From the IMG/VR virus record IMGVR_UViG_3300028583_002208: a DNA stretch of 42,919 nt. The stretch is one strand, 5' to 3'. The notes under the pieces were generated by a model. The model saw only the letters and a program-made list of their open reading frames with translations. It had not been told where the DNA came from and searched no databases. A program made the translations under genes and the position numbers. This document shows positions 9,017 through 18,697 of the stretch, piece by piece. The number at the start of each line of letters is the position of its first letter. The first letter of the stretch is position 1. The DNA comes from a virus. Lineage: Duplodnaviria; Heunggongvirae; Uroviricota; Caudoviricetes.

Positions 9017-9045
9017 TTGACAAATAGTTGGATTACCTATATAAT
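9017..9045 (+). promoter_or_regulatory. Consensus sigma70 promoter
   Basis: TTGACA(9017-9022)-17 bp-TATAAT(9040-9045). Confidence 0.85.
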
Positions 9046-9070
9046 TACTATAATAGAAAGGAGAACATTA

Positions 9071-9235
9071 ATGGCAACTGTTAAAGTTACAAAAGTGTTT
9101 CCAGATGGGACAAAAGAAGAAATTATTCTTCCTGAAAAAGCTACACGGAGGAAATCTCGTGCAAGCAAAAATAATAAGAAAAAACAAGAACAACAAAGTG
9201 TGGGAGAAACTGAAAAAGAAGATTCAGGATCTTGA
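9071..9235 (+). CDS. Small basic protein (54 aa) partly overprinted on the neck gene
   Basis: AAGGAG RBS and ATG 9071 just downstream of the consensus promoter. Confidence 0.65.
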   Translation: MATVKVTKVFPDGTKEEIILPEKATRRKSRASKNNKKKQEQQSVGETEKEDSGS

Positions 9236-9656
9236 CAACAAAACTGTTGATGTGGGTTTTCCTGCAAACGCTTCAGGTTTTGGCGAGTGGGACAATAGAA
9301 ACAATATGACCTTCGCCAATCTCGCCTTTATCCACGCAAACGCTGATGTTTTCAAAGTAGACTTCCCTAAACGTGATGTTATCGCTCCAATTAAACCTAT
9401 CGTAGGGGGCGCTTTAAACCAAACCAAATTCTTCAAAGGGATATTCAAAAAGTATCTTGATGTTTCTACCACTTATAGTATGAACAATGCGCTCAATGAT
9501 ATTGGTAGAAAGTATATGCAAGATGGAAAAGGAATATTCGGAAACTCAGCTTACCTAGTTGTAACAAAGAACCCTACACCCTTAATTGATGAGGGTGAGC
9601 TAATGGATCACTTTGGTTACAAAACATCATTAGCAATGGAGATAAAATACTTATGA
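9159..9656 (+). CDS. Neck/head-tail protein (putative)
   Basis: GTG 9159 after GGAGG (9147-9151); VDVGF, LAFIH and PLIDEGEL motifs typical of myophage neck proteins. Confidence 0.75.
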   Translation: MQAKIIRKNKNNKVWEKLKKKIQDLDNKTVDVGFPANASGFGEWDNRNNMTFANLAFIHANADVFKVDFPKRDVIAPIKPIVGGALNQTKFFKGIFKKYLDVSTTYSMNNALNDIGRKYMQDGKGIFGNSAYLVVTKNPTPLIDEGELMDHFGYKTSLAMEIKYL

Positions 9657-10033
9657 GCGAAATATCTCTATTTAACCGAGTGGAAACTCTCAGTAGAAAT
9701 GATGGAGGTACACAGTATATTGATTTCGAAGTGGTTCCAGCAGAAGATTATCTAGTTGAGATAGAATGTAATATTCAACCTTATCGTGATGGTAAAAACA
9801 CTTTAAAACTCCCAGACGGATTCAGAAGTGTTTATGCTATTGAAATAAGGTCTCCCTCTGAGCTACGAGCCAATGATGAATTAGAAGATTGGATGGCAGA
9901 TGAAATAGTTTACGAAGGTCGTACTTTCTACTGCTTGGATGTTGCCAATTGGACAGGACATTCTACTGGTGGAATTAGTTTAATACCTAATCATTATCTT
10001 GGCCTGTTTTATAGGAGAGATAAAGTTGATTGA
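9653..10033 (+). CDS. Head closure protein (putative)
   Basis: ATGA overlap; CNIQP and ADEIVYEGRTF motifs. Confidence 0.65.
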   Translation: MSEISLFNRVETLSRNDGGTQYIDFEVVPAEDYLVEIECNIQPYRDGKNTLKLPDGFRSVYAIEIRSPSELRANDELEDWMADEIVYEGRTFYCLDVANWTGHSTGGISLIPNHYLGLFYRRDKVD

Positions 10034-10727
10034 TATTGACAAATTAGAAAAAGCTGTTGCAAGAGTTATCACCTTATCAGTAGGAGATCAACTGGCTACA
10101 CTAGAAGGGAGCATTTCTGGTAGCAGTGGAGGAACAGTACCTGCTGTAGTATTAGAAAGAAACTTTGAAAAAGACGGAACGCATCGTAAACCTAATATCC
10201 CAGATTACCCTTACTGCAGTGTCACCCATAATCGAATAGTAGATGATGGCGCGGAGATAACAAACGTTTTCCTAAGAGGAGATGATTTTGTTTATCAAAC
10301 ACCAAAGATTGTTTCTGTGAATATTAAATTTTACGGTAATAGGAAAAACTCTGCTGACAGTATTGCAAATAGAATGCACATGAGTTGGGAAGTTGAACAA
10401 TTTAGAAACCTTTTAGAAGTGTTTTATGGTGAGGATGTTGGACTTAGAAGTAAGTCGGATGTTGTACCTGCTAATATAGTTTATCAAGATACCTACATTG
10501 AAATGCGTTCATTTGACATATTCTTATCGGTAGTAGATGAGTATTCAATTTCCACAGACGAGATTGGTTACTTTGACCAGATAGATGTAGATTCTGATTT
10601 AAACATTTTACCTCCCGTTCCACCTGATAGTGGATTACCTTCTCAAGAAGCCTCCGAAGGCGGAGAATTGGATCATTATGAAGATGACCCTGCTCCTATG
10701 GCTGTAACCTTTAGTACAATAAAATAA
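10026..10727 (+). CDS. Tail terminator/completion protein (putative)
   Basis: Immediately upstream of the sheath gene; TTG 10026 after GGAGA; P.YPYCSV motif. Confidence 0.65.
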   Translation: MIDIDKLEKAVARVITLSVGDQLATLEGSISGSSGGTVPAVVLERNFEKDGTHRKPNIPDYPYCSVTHNRIVDDGAEITNVFLRGDDFVYQTPKIVSVNIKFYGNRKNSADSIANRMHMSWEVEQFRNLLEVFYGEDVGLRSKSDVVPANIVYQDTYIEMRSFDIFLSVVDEYSISTDEIGYFDQIDVDSDLNILPPVPPDSGLPSQEASEGGELDHYEDDPAPMAVTFSTIK

Positions 10728-10752
10728 TAACTAACCAATTAAGGATTAATCA

Positions 10753-12129
10753 ATGAGTGTACAATTAGCCATTGCTAACATCTCTTTGGAAACGGCAACA
10801 GTAGGTCGTCAAGGTTTCCAAGGTATTATGTTTGCGGCAAAACACAATTTATGGCCTGAACGTATTCGTACATACACTGATGCTGATGCTTTGTTAGAAG
10901 ATGGTTTCTCATCTACTGACCCTGCTTACAAAGCATTGCGTGGAGGCTTTTCACAAACACCACATCCAACATCTATTAAAGTAGGTCGTATTAACGCTTC
11001 TACAGACATTACCCTCGATGGTGATATCGTTACAGGTTTGGAATACAATATCACACTAGGTGCTCAAGATGCAACGTCTACTTCAACTGTTACAATTACA
11101 GCAGAAGCAGGTGATACACAGGAAATCATCTTAGGTAAAATTGTAACAGCTATTGAAACAGCACCTGAATTGGATGCTAAAATTTCAGCAAGTGTTGCAG
11201 GTACTGGTGTTGATGCAGTGTTATCACTTGATCACAAAGTAGGTGACGATTGGTTCACAGTGACATCTCCTCTTAACTTAAATGTTGTTGCGGGTGCAGT
11301 GGATGAGTCTGCGGCAGAAATGTTAGCAGCTATTGCATTAGAAGATGATTCATGGTACTATATAACAAGTGAAGAAAAATCAGTAGAGTTCATTGAAGAC
11401 TTGGCTGCAGAAGCAGAAGCTCGTTTCAAACTTTACCGTTACACCACTGCGGAAGAAGGTTCATATGCGGCTACTCTAGCTGGTTCATTGAAGACTGTCC
11501 AAGACAATCAATACTTCCGTACAATGGGCGAGTATCATCACCTAGCAGAAGATACTTATCCAGAAGTTTCAGCTTTAGCAGAGATTGCTACTTTTGTAAC
11601 AGGTAGAGTTACATACCACGCACGTATTGTTTCTGGTGTCCCAGCAGCATTAAATGCAGAAGGTAAAAACCTAACTGGTACGCAAGTGGAAAACATGAAG
11701 AATAACAACGTAAACTTCTACGACAAAGTTCAAATTAGTGGTGCTTCATTTGCTTCAAATCCTTCTATCACTTATGGTGGTAAGGTTGCAAGTGGTGAAC
11801 TTACTATGAACATCGTAGCTCGTGATAACCTTCAAGTTGATTTAGAAGCTACCTGTACAGAACTACTTATTCGTCAAAAGAATGGTCGTCTTGCGTTTGA
11901 TGAGACAAGTTTGAATAAGGTTAGAGGTGCTGTACGTACTGTACTTAACCAATATGAGTCAGAAGATTTCCATAATTTCCTTCAACCAAATACTATTATC
12001 ACAATACCTCGTGTATCTGAGATCAATGCTGCTGATAAGGCTGCAAACGTATTTAAACAAGTAACTTTCAATGGTACACTTCGCGGTGCTATCCACATGA
12101 TTGAAATTACTGGTACACTAGGTAACTAA
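10753..12129 (+). CDS. Contractile tail sheath protein (DUF3383-like)
   Basis: 458 aa; C-terminal F..TLRGAIH.IEITGTL; position. Confidence 0.9.
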   Translation: MSVQLAIANISLETATVGRQGFQGIMFAAKHNLWPERIRTYTDADALLEDGFSSTDPAYKALRGGFSQTPHPTSIKVGRINASTDITLDGDIVTGLEYNITLGAQDATSTSTVTITAEAGDTQEIILGKIVTAIETAPELDAKISASVAGTGVDAVLSLDHKVGDDWFTVTSPLNLNVVAGAVDESAAEMLAAIALEDDSWYYITSEEKSVEFIEDLAAEAEARFKLYRYTTAEEGSYAATLAGSLKTVQDNQYFRTMGEYHHLAEDTYPEVSALAEIATFVTGRVTYHARIVSGVPAALNAEGKNLTGTQVENMKNNNVNFYDKVQISGASFASNPSITYGGKVASGELTMNIVARDNLQVDLEATCTELLIRQKNGRLAFDETSLNKVRGAVRTVLNQYESEDFHNFLQPNTIITIPRVSEINAADKAANVFKQVTFNGTLRGAIHMIEITGTLGN

Positions 12130-12140
12130 GGAATATTACA

Positions 12141-12653
12141 ATGGCTAAAACTTATAGTCCAAAGGACGTTAAAATAGTAGTTGCTGGTTTCCAAGATGTA
12201 TCAGGTTGGACTTCAATTACAGTAGACCGTAATTCAGATAACTCAAGTACAATTATTTCAGCAGATGGAGTTCCAGCACACACTGTTATTGCAGATAGTA
12301 CGGGTACTTTTGAGATTGAATTACAGCAACACAATTCTGAATTTAATATGTGTATAGCAGCGTTAGATTTACAAACTAAAACCACTAATGACCTTTTGTT
12401 CTTTGATATCACTATCACAGACCGTTCAGGAAGTGCTTTAGTTAATCTTAAAGATGTACACTTACGTAAAATGGCACCACAAGCATTGGCAGCAGAAGCG
12501 GGTACTCGTACTCACATGTTCCATGTTGATGATGTCCAATATCTACCTGTTCCAGAAGGTTTCCAAGAAAGTGCATCGGATGTACTTAATGCTGGCAACT
12601 TTGTAGATTTTATTTCAGAGCAAGCACAAAACCTTAAAGATTTAGTCTCTTAA
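12141..12653 (+). CDS. Tail tube protein (DUF3277-like)
   Basis: MAKTYSPKDV.IVV...G.FEIELQQ; follows the sheath gene. Confidence 0.88.
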   Translation: MAKTYSPKDVKIVVAGFQDVSGWTSITVDRNSDNSSTIISADGVPAHTVIADSTGTFEIELQQHNSEFNMCIAALDLQTKTTNDLLFFDITITDRSGSALVNLKDVHLRKMAPQALAAEAGTRTHMFHVDDVQYLPVPEGFQESASDVLNAGNFVDFISEQAQNLKDLVS

Positions 12654-12668
12654 AGGTTAATTGATATT

Positions 12669-12707
12669 AAAAGCACTTACCTACATGGGTAGGTGCTTTT
12701 TCTTTTT
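12669..12707 (+). terminator. Intrinsic terminator
   Basis: AAAAGCACTTACC-tacatg-GGTAGGTGCTTTT plus T-tract. Confidence 0.85.
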
Positions 12708-12738
12708 GTAAAACAGAAAATACGAGGATAAAGAGAGA

Positions 12739-13194
12739 ATGTTACCAACAAGAAAGAAAACTATCGGTGGAAAGACTTACACAATCAACCTACTTACCAC
12801 ATGGGAATGTTTTAAAGGTAGTCGTACATTGTTAAAAACCATTGCACCAGTGATGGGTGAAGTTTTGGATAGCAAAAATGTGGATGAAGATTACTCAGCT
12901 TTCAACAAAGTTAATACTTTTAAGGAAGTGATGGGTCTTATCGCAGATGATTTAGATAAGCCTGAAATTGATAAGCTTATTGCAAAGATGTTAATCGGCG
13001 CTTCAAATGATGAGGGTGTACAATTTAACAACTTTGAAGATTTGGATAAAGATTTCCGAGGCAAGCCAGAATTATTTATGGAATTTGTATTCTTTCTGTT
13101 CGAGGAGAATTTTAAAGGTTTTTTTACAGAAAACGTTATAACACGGTCATGGAAAGGGGTGCTGTCGAAGGTGATGCAACCTACAGAGGAATAG
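12739..13194 (+). CDS. Tail assembly chaperone (G-like)
   Basis: Between tube and tape measure; MLPTRKKTIGGKTY; slippery site near the 3' end. Confidence 0.8.
   Translation: MLPTRKKTIGGKTYTINLLTTWECFKGSRTLLKTIAPVMGEVLDSKNVDEDYSAFNKVNTFKEVMGLIADDLDKPEIDKLIAKMLIGASNDEGVQFNNFEDLDKDFRGKPELFMEFVFFLFEENFKGFFTENVITRSWKGVLSKVMQPTEE
13119..13125 (+). promoter_or_regulatory. Putative -1 ribosomal frameshift site T TTT TTT
   Basis: GGT TTT TTT in frame; the -1 frame is open from 13116 to 13406. Confidence 0.75.
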
Positions 13195-13406
13195 TTGATA
13201 AACACGTAGAAAAGTATTCTACTATTTCTCCTGATCGTTTATATCAAAACATGGTTGCAAAGTATACATGGAAAAATTATGGAATTAGTTATCAACAATT
13301 GATGCACGAGTCACACATTGATGAATACCTTGATTGGGAAGAGGAAATGTTGATGAATCAGGATTATGAAATTGCACAATATGAAGATACAAAACCAAAA
13401 GATTAA
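13125..13406 (+). CDS. Tail chaperone T-like extension, expressed as a G-T fusion of ~222 aa
   Basis: -1 frame relative to 12739; overlaps the end of G. Confidence 0.7.
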   Translation, partial: YRKRYNTVMERGAVEGDATYRGIVDKHVEKYSTISPDRLYQNMVAKYTWKNYGISYQQLMHESHIDEYLDWEEEMLMNQDYEIAQYEDTKPKD

Positions 13407-13469
13407 TCATGGCAACAAAGAGAGGTATTTCTTGCAAGTGCTCTCTTATAATATAAGGTATAGATATGA

Positions 13470-14628
13470 ATGTCTAATATAATTGAAGAATTTGTAATAA
13501 AGTTTCTCACTGATTCTAAGGAAGCTAAGAAGGGTGCTCAAGAGATTGATAAACTTCTTGACAGTGTAGGTAAAAAACAAGTTAAACGTGCTACAACCAA
13601 TGCAAAGGTTGAAAATAAAGCACACAAAACAATGTTAGCAAAGAAACTAAAGGACGAAGCTACTTACGGAAGGGATAGTCGTATTCAAGCTGATAAGGCT
13701 CGTAAGGCATGGGAACGTAGGGAAAAGATTAAATCCATCATGCCAAATAACCAACTTGCTAATAAAAGTGCTCAAAGTAGTGCTAGTGTTTTCGAAAAAA
13801 GTTTCAAAGAAGAAGCTGTACAATCAGCAAAACTTTCTGAAATGGAAAGGAAGCGGTGGGTTGATAAGCAAAAACGTAGAGCTGCTAATAGAAGGCAAAG
13901 GGAAGATGATCGGAGGCAAGAAGAGGATTCTTATAGAAAGTCTCTTAATAATCGCCTAAAAGCTTTCAAGGCTTCTAAACAAAAAGAACGAAAACTTACA
14001 GAAGATATAGACAAGCAAGCTGCAATGATCCGTAGAACGGCGGGGTTCAAACTTGCGGGACGTATGGGCGAAAGTGGTAAATATGACAGCGAGATACAAC
14101 GTTTAGTAGATAAGAAAGACCTTGCGGGACTGAGAAACCTTCGCTACGAGATGTCTGATGTTCGTGAAAATATGACTCGTTATCGTAAGAGTTTAAGGAA
14201 AACTAACATTGCTCAAAAAGGACTTACCGATTCTACAAGGAATATGATCCGTAGTTATGCAAGTTTATATGCTATTTTTGAAGGAACCACTGCAATTAAG
14301 CGGGTAGGGCAAGACTTTCAGGGGATGGAGGCATCTATGTTGGCTGCAAGTGGTAGTACTGAAGCTGCTGCAAAGGATATGATGTTTATAAATGGAATTG
14401 TTGATGAAATGGGTCTTAGTTTAAAAGATACTACAGACGCTTTTGTTAAGTTTAAATTTGCATCAAAAGGAAAAATTTCCCAAACGGAACAAGAGGACTT
14501 ATTCACAGGATTGAGTATGTTCGGGACAGCATTGAAGGTAGATGATGAAAGCATGAAGCGAAGTCAGAAAGCCTTGATCCAGATGATGTCCAAGGGAAAA
14601 ATTATGGCAGAAGAATTAAAAAACCAGT
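13470..14628 (+). CDS. Tape measure protein, exon 1
   Basis: Tape-measure motif QMMSKGKIMAEELKNQ ends at the 5' splice site. Confidence 0.9.
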
Positions 14629-15755
14629 TAAAACAAAGACTTAGCTGCCTAGTATAGAAATGTACTAGTGAAAAACTCCTTTAATTGTCTGGGAAGCCGT
14701 AAAACTTTACTTTTATAAAATATAATGTTAATATAGTATTTTATAGAGTAGAGATATATTGGTAATCAGCAGCGAAGACCACTTATATCTCCTGAAACAG
14801 GAGAGTGAAATGATAAAAGATATACCTAATTTTTCAGGGTATTTTGCAGATGTAGATGGTAATATCTACTCTAGCAAAAAGGGTAATATAATTAAGAAAT
14901 TAACACCGCAGTATCAAAAACAGTGGGGTTATTATTCTTTGAGGCTTATAGCAGATTGCGGTAATAAGAAGCACATGACAGTTCACAGACTAATGGCTCT
15001 AACTTACCTGCCAAACCCTGATAACCTACCAGAAGTAAACCATAAGAACGGAGTGAAAACCGATAACAGGTTATCAAACCTAGAATGGATGTCTAAGAGT
15101 GATAATATTAAACACGCTTACCAGATAGGTATGAACTGTGTAAAAGGTGTTCTCAACGGAAGGTCAACTTTAGAAGAACAAGAAGTTTTAGAGATTTATA
15201 ACAAACTTTACCAAGGTGTTAGTACAAATAGCTTAATGCAAGAGTACAATACAAGTAGGAGCATTATCAGTAATATAAAAAGAAGAGAAGCTTGGTCACA
15301 TTTAACCAAAGACCTTCCTGATATTACTATAAAAGTTAAATCTAAGACTCTTCCTGAAAATATTGTCAGGTTTATATGTGAGAACCTAGAAAGGGGTTTA
15401 TCTCCTACAAAAATACTAACCTTGTGTTTGGAAACTTTTGGAGAAGGTTCAGTACGAATCGATAATATCTATGATATAAAGAGACGTAGAGGTTTTAAAA
15501 ATATCTTATCAGATTATAAATGGTAACGTTCAACGATCATTGAAAGCTAACTGTAAAACAGTGCGAGTAAAGTACAGCCTAAGTTTATGAGGTAGATGTG
15601 GTGAGTAATAATCATGTAATCCATCTTTAAATGGAAATGGGGAGAACCTAAACAAGTTAAGTTGTAGGTTAAGATATGATCTAGTCTTGCATGAAAGTGC
15701 AAGCTGATACAAGGATGTTACGGGAGAGGTGTTACGAGCCTCTTCGAATACAACG
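14629..15755 (+). mobile_element. Group I self-splicing intron (1127 nt, IA2-like) with an HNH ORF in L6
   Basis: Exon ends in U and intron ends in G; P1 CAGU|UAA with UUAGCUG (14641-14647); P10 UAGGU with ACUUA; P 14683-14695, Q 14764-14773, R 15528-15540, S 15671-15682; splicing restores QLGDSLPGAVQ. Confidence 0.93.
14810..15526 (+). CDS. Intron-encoded HNH homing endonuclease (NUMOD4 + HNH + HTH-like repeats)
   Basis: IPNFSGYFADVDGNIYS; VHRLMA..YLPNP...VNHKNGVKTDNRLSNLEW; CAGGAG RBS before ATG 14810. Confidence 0.92.
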   Translation: MIKDIPNFSGYFADVDGNIYSSKKGNIIKKLTPQYQKQWGYYSLRLIADCGNKKHMTVHRLMALTYLPNPDNLPEVNHKNGVKTDNRLSNLEWMSKSDNIKHAYQIGMNCVKGVLNGRSTLEEQEVLEIYNKLYQGVSTNSLMQEYNTSRSIISNIKRREAWSHLTKDLPDITIKVKSKTLPENIVRFICENLERGLSPTKILTLCLETFGEGSVRIDNIYDIKRRRGFKNILSDYKW

Positions 15756-16687
15756 TAGGTGATAGTTTGCCAGGGGCAGTGCAAATATTTACAAGGGCTT
15801 TAGGAGTCACTGAAGCTGAACTATTCAAAATGATGGAACAAGGTCAACTCCTTTCAGCAGAAGTATTACCAAAAGTAGCAGCCGAGTTTAAAAAATCAGC
15901 AAAAGAAGGTGGGGCATACACACTAGCCTTACAAGGACTACGTGTTAAAGAAGGTCAATTTATGACTGGAATGCAACGTGCAGGGAAAACCATATTCAAC
16001 TCAGGTTTTGAAAAAGGGTTAGCAAACCTTTATGGCACACTGTCAACCATGTTCGAAAACTCAGAACCCCAACTTAAAAAATTAGGTAAAATATTTGGTG
16101 ATGTATTCAATGGAATATCCATTGCCATAAAAGTATTAGAACCTATTATGAAAATTGCCATAGATAACTTTTACACACTTGTAGGGGCAAAGGCAATCTT
16201 TATGGTAAGGGGTTTTGTTGGTGCATTAAATGCACAAAGTTACATTGCAGCAAGAGCATGGGCTAGAATGTTTGCCCCTGTAGCAGCAGCGTTAGTTTTA
16301 GTAGATGAATTAGCTTCTCTAATGGACGATTCCCGTTTAGGTTTACTTGAGAAGAGTATTGGTAAACAGGTGAACGTTAAAACAGGAAGTATTAGCGAAT
16401 TTACTGAGAAGAATGGTAAGTTTTATGCGAAAGAGGGAAGCAGTAGCAAAGTGTCAGGACTTTCAATGGGGTTCAGTGCAGTGTCTAATGCTGTCCAGAA
16501 TATGAATCCATTCCACTCAGTTTATAATGCTGCTACGTCAGCTTCGGATTTATTCCAATCAGGTATGACTTCTGGAAGTGCAGTGTATAACCATTATCAA
16601 AATACATTCAACAATACTCAAGCTGATGATGTTAAACGTGCAGTGGGTGCAGGTGTATCTGCAGCACAACAACCAAGAGGAAAATAA
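15756..16687 (+). CDS. Tape measure protein, exon 2 (spliced product 696 aa)
   Basis: 1159+932=2091 nt, an intact frame; continues LPGAVQIF.RALG. Confidence 0.9.
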
Positions 16688-16690
16688 TAA

Positions 16691-17305
16691 ATGGCAAAGC
16701 AGAGCGTGTTTTACTTTATAGCTCCAGCGGTAGAAGACAAGGAATCTGCTTTGTACCGCTTGGCAGCTACCACAGATATAAGACTTTCCCGTTCTGCTAG
16801 AGCTACCCGATCAAGGGTAGAGTCTGGCAAAAGTTTAACAGATAATTACCATCTGGATAATTGGGATGTCTCTTTCGATGGGGTTATAACTAATGTAGGT
16901 ATATACAAGGAAGGAGATACATCTCTAGAAACGTCTGATTGGATAAGTCAGGTTAATAGTTTAAGAGAAGAAACCCCTATACGACCTTTAACTGTTGTAG
17001 CTGATAATATAGTTATTGAAAACTGTATAATCACCAATTTTACCGTAAGTAAAAGTAAGGCAGAAGGTTTAGGTGGGTGGCGAGTATCCTTAGCCTTCCA
17101 AGATATAACCTTTGTTTCAAAAGCCTCTCTGGTACTGGTACAGACTCCTGCAGAAGCAACCAAAGATGATGTGGCAAGCAAAACCTCGGGTAATAATCAA
17201 ACTACCAAAGAGTTAACCACTAACGCTACAGCCGATATATTTTCTGGTGCAGTGGATAGAGTGAATGAAACTTTAGGACTAATAACGGATGATGGAGAAG
17301 AATAA
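16691..17305 (+). CDS. Baseplate/tail-initiator protein (putative)
   Basis: Follows tape measure; VESG..LTDNYHL motif typical of myophage baseplate genes. Confidence 0.65.
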   Translation: MAKQSVFYFIAPAVEDKESALYRLAATTDIRLSRSARATRSRVESGKSLTDNYHLDNWDVSFDGVITNVGIYKEGDTSLETSDWISQVNSLREETPIRPLTVVADNIVIENCIITNFTVSKSKAEGLGGWRVSLAFQDITFVSKASLVLVQTPAEATKDDVASKTSGNNQTTKELTTNATADIFSGAVDRVNETLGLITDDGEE

Positions 17306-17659
17306 ATGTTTCAAATAAAAATCACAGAATCCGCTTACCAAGAAAAAACTTTCACCGCAAATAAAACTACTTTTTATATAAGAGCTACATTCAACACGAG
17401 TGATGACTATTGGTACATTGACCTTGCTGATAAAGATAACAATGACATTATAAACGGTATTAAAATCTTGCCAGATCAATTTCTGACTAGGAAATACTTA
17501 GATTTGGAGGAAGCTTTTGGAGGAGGTGCATTGCGGTGTTATAACAATGAAAGTAGTGATGACATTATTGGAAGGGATAACTTTGGTACAGATAAACAAT
17601 ATCAATTAATATACTGGACTGCAACAGAGGTGGAAGCTTATGACGAAGCTACTGGATAG
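17306..17659 (+). CDS. Baseplate-associated protein
   Basis: Abuts the previous gene; FN...DYWYIDL...IINGIKI motif. Confidence 0.7.
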   Translation: MFQIKITESAYQEKTFTANKTTFYIRATFNTSDDYWYIDLADKDNNDIINGIKILPDQFLTRKYLDLEEAFGGGALRCYNNESSDDIIGRDNFGTDKQYQLIYWTATEVEAYDEATG

Positions 17660-18659
17660 ACAATACCGTCTTGTAATAGGGCTACCTCCTAAAATTGTAG
17701 ATATCGATCCTTCAACCGAAGTGGTGTCTAATATATTCAAGCAGAATGTAGTTGTCGGAAGTTTGGATACTTCTTTAACAAACGACTTCAGAACAGAAAC
17801 CACCCTCCGTGCCAAAGAGTTCAGAGAACTCCGACTTATAGCAGATGTAACTTCTTCCTCTAAAGCAGGTGGTGCAAAAGGTGGTAACACTACTATCCAA
17901 TTATATAACTTGTCAGAAGAAAGTTTAGCAATAGTTGAACAAGAAAATGCACAAGTTATCCTTGAAGCAGGATATTACTCCGATTTTGAAGATGAGGATA
18001 GAACACTCCCACTCCTATTCACAGGTCAAACCCGACAAGTTAAAACTATTCAATCTGGTGAAGATAAGATCACTGTTATAGAATGTACCGCTGCACAAGC
18101 TGTTAATGACTCTGTAAAGGTGAGTAAATACTTCGAAGAAGGTAACACTTTAGGTAATGTTCTTGAATATTTGATAGATATTTATGGACAAAATGGAGTC
18201 CCCCTTGGTCAATATGTAGGTAGAGCTTCTACAGAAGATAGAGTAGACTATGTGCAATTACTTTCTCCTGATGACGTTCCTTTAACAAACGGGTACAGTG
18301 TTACAGGTTTCCTCCACCAAGCTTTGGATAAAGCCACTGCACAATGTGGGTACATTTGGTATATTGCGAACGGTAGGTTATTCGTTCATCCTAGAGGATA
18401 CACCAAGTCTGTAGAACAATTCACTTTAGATAATGATCTAATAAAATCTATCGAAGGTGTTATTGATAATAAGAAAGATAAGATAACTGGTGTCACAATC
18501 TCAACCTTCTTAGACGCACGTATGTCCATTGATAAAAGGATTGAGGTCACTGACGGCAAGTTTGAAGGGGTTTATAAAATTGTACAAGCCACTCACAACT
18601 TAGATAATGAACTTGGTGCATGGGATACTGTCCTTACCTGTCAATCACTTGTTCAATAA
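17640..18659 (+). CDS. Baseplate hub protein
   Basis: IQLYNLS...VILEAGY...LLFTG; W.IANG.L; YKI....H.LD motifs. Confidence 0.8.
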   Translation: MTKLLDRQYRLVIGLPPKIVDIDPSTEVVSNIFKQNVVVGSLDTSLTNDFRTETTLRAKEFRELRLIADVTSSSKAGGAKGGNTTIQLYNLSEESLAIVEQENAQVILEAGYYSDFEDEDRTLPLLFTGQTRQVKTIQSGEDKITVIECTAAQAVNDSVKVSKYFEEGNTLGNVLEYLIDIYGQNGVPLGQYVGRASTEDRVDYVQLLSPDDVPLTNGYSVTGFLHQALDKATAQCGYIWYIANGRLFVHPRGYTKSVEQFTLDNDLIKSIEGVIDNKKDKITGVTISTFLDARMSIDKRIEVTDGKFEGVYKIVQATHNLDNELGAWDTVLTCQSLVQ

Positions 18660-18666
18660 CTACCTC

Positions 18667-18695
18667 TTGATAAATAATGATAATAAGGTTATAAT
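18667..18695 (+). promoter_or_regulatory. sigma70-like promoter
   Basis: TTGATA-17 bp-TATAAT; the -10 lies only 2 bp from ATG 18698, so the mRNA would be leaderless or the element is not used for this gene. Confidence 0.5.
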
Positions 18696-18697
18696 AT

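Noticed and set aside
9105-9158. Neck gene start at 9105
   Set aside because: No RBS; GTG 9159 has GGAGG
14759-14809. ORF-track start of the HNH gene at 14759
   Set aside because: It lies in the intron Q element without an RBS; ATG 14810 has CAGGAG
13470-16687. Tape measure as two separate genes or a pseudogene
   Set aside because: The intervening sequence is a canonical group I intron whose removal restores the frame and the conserved motif
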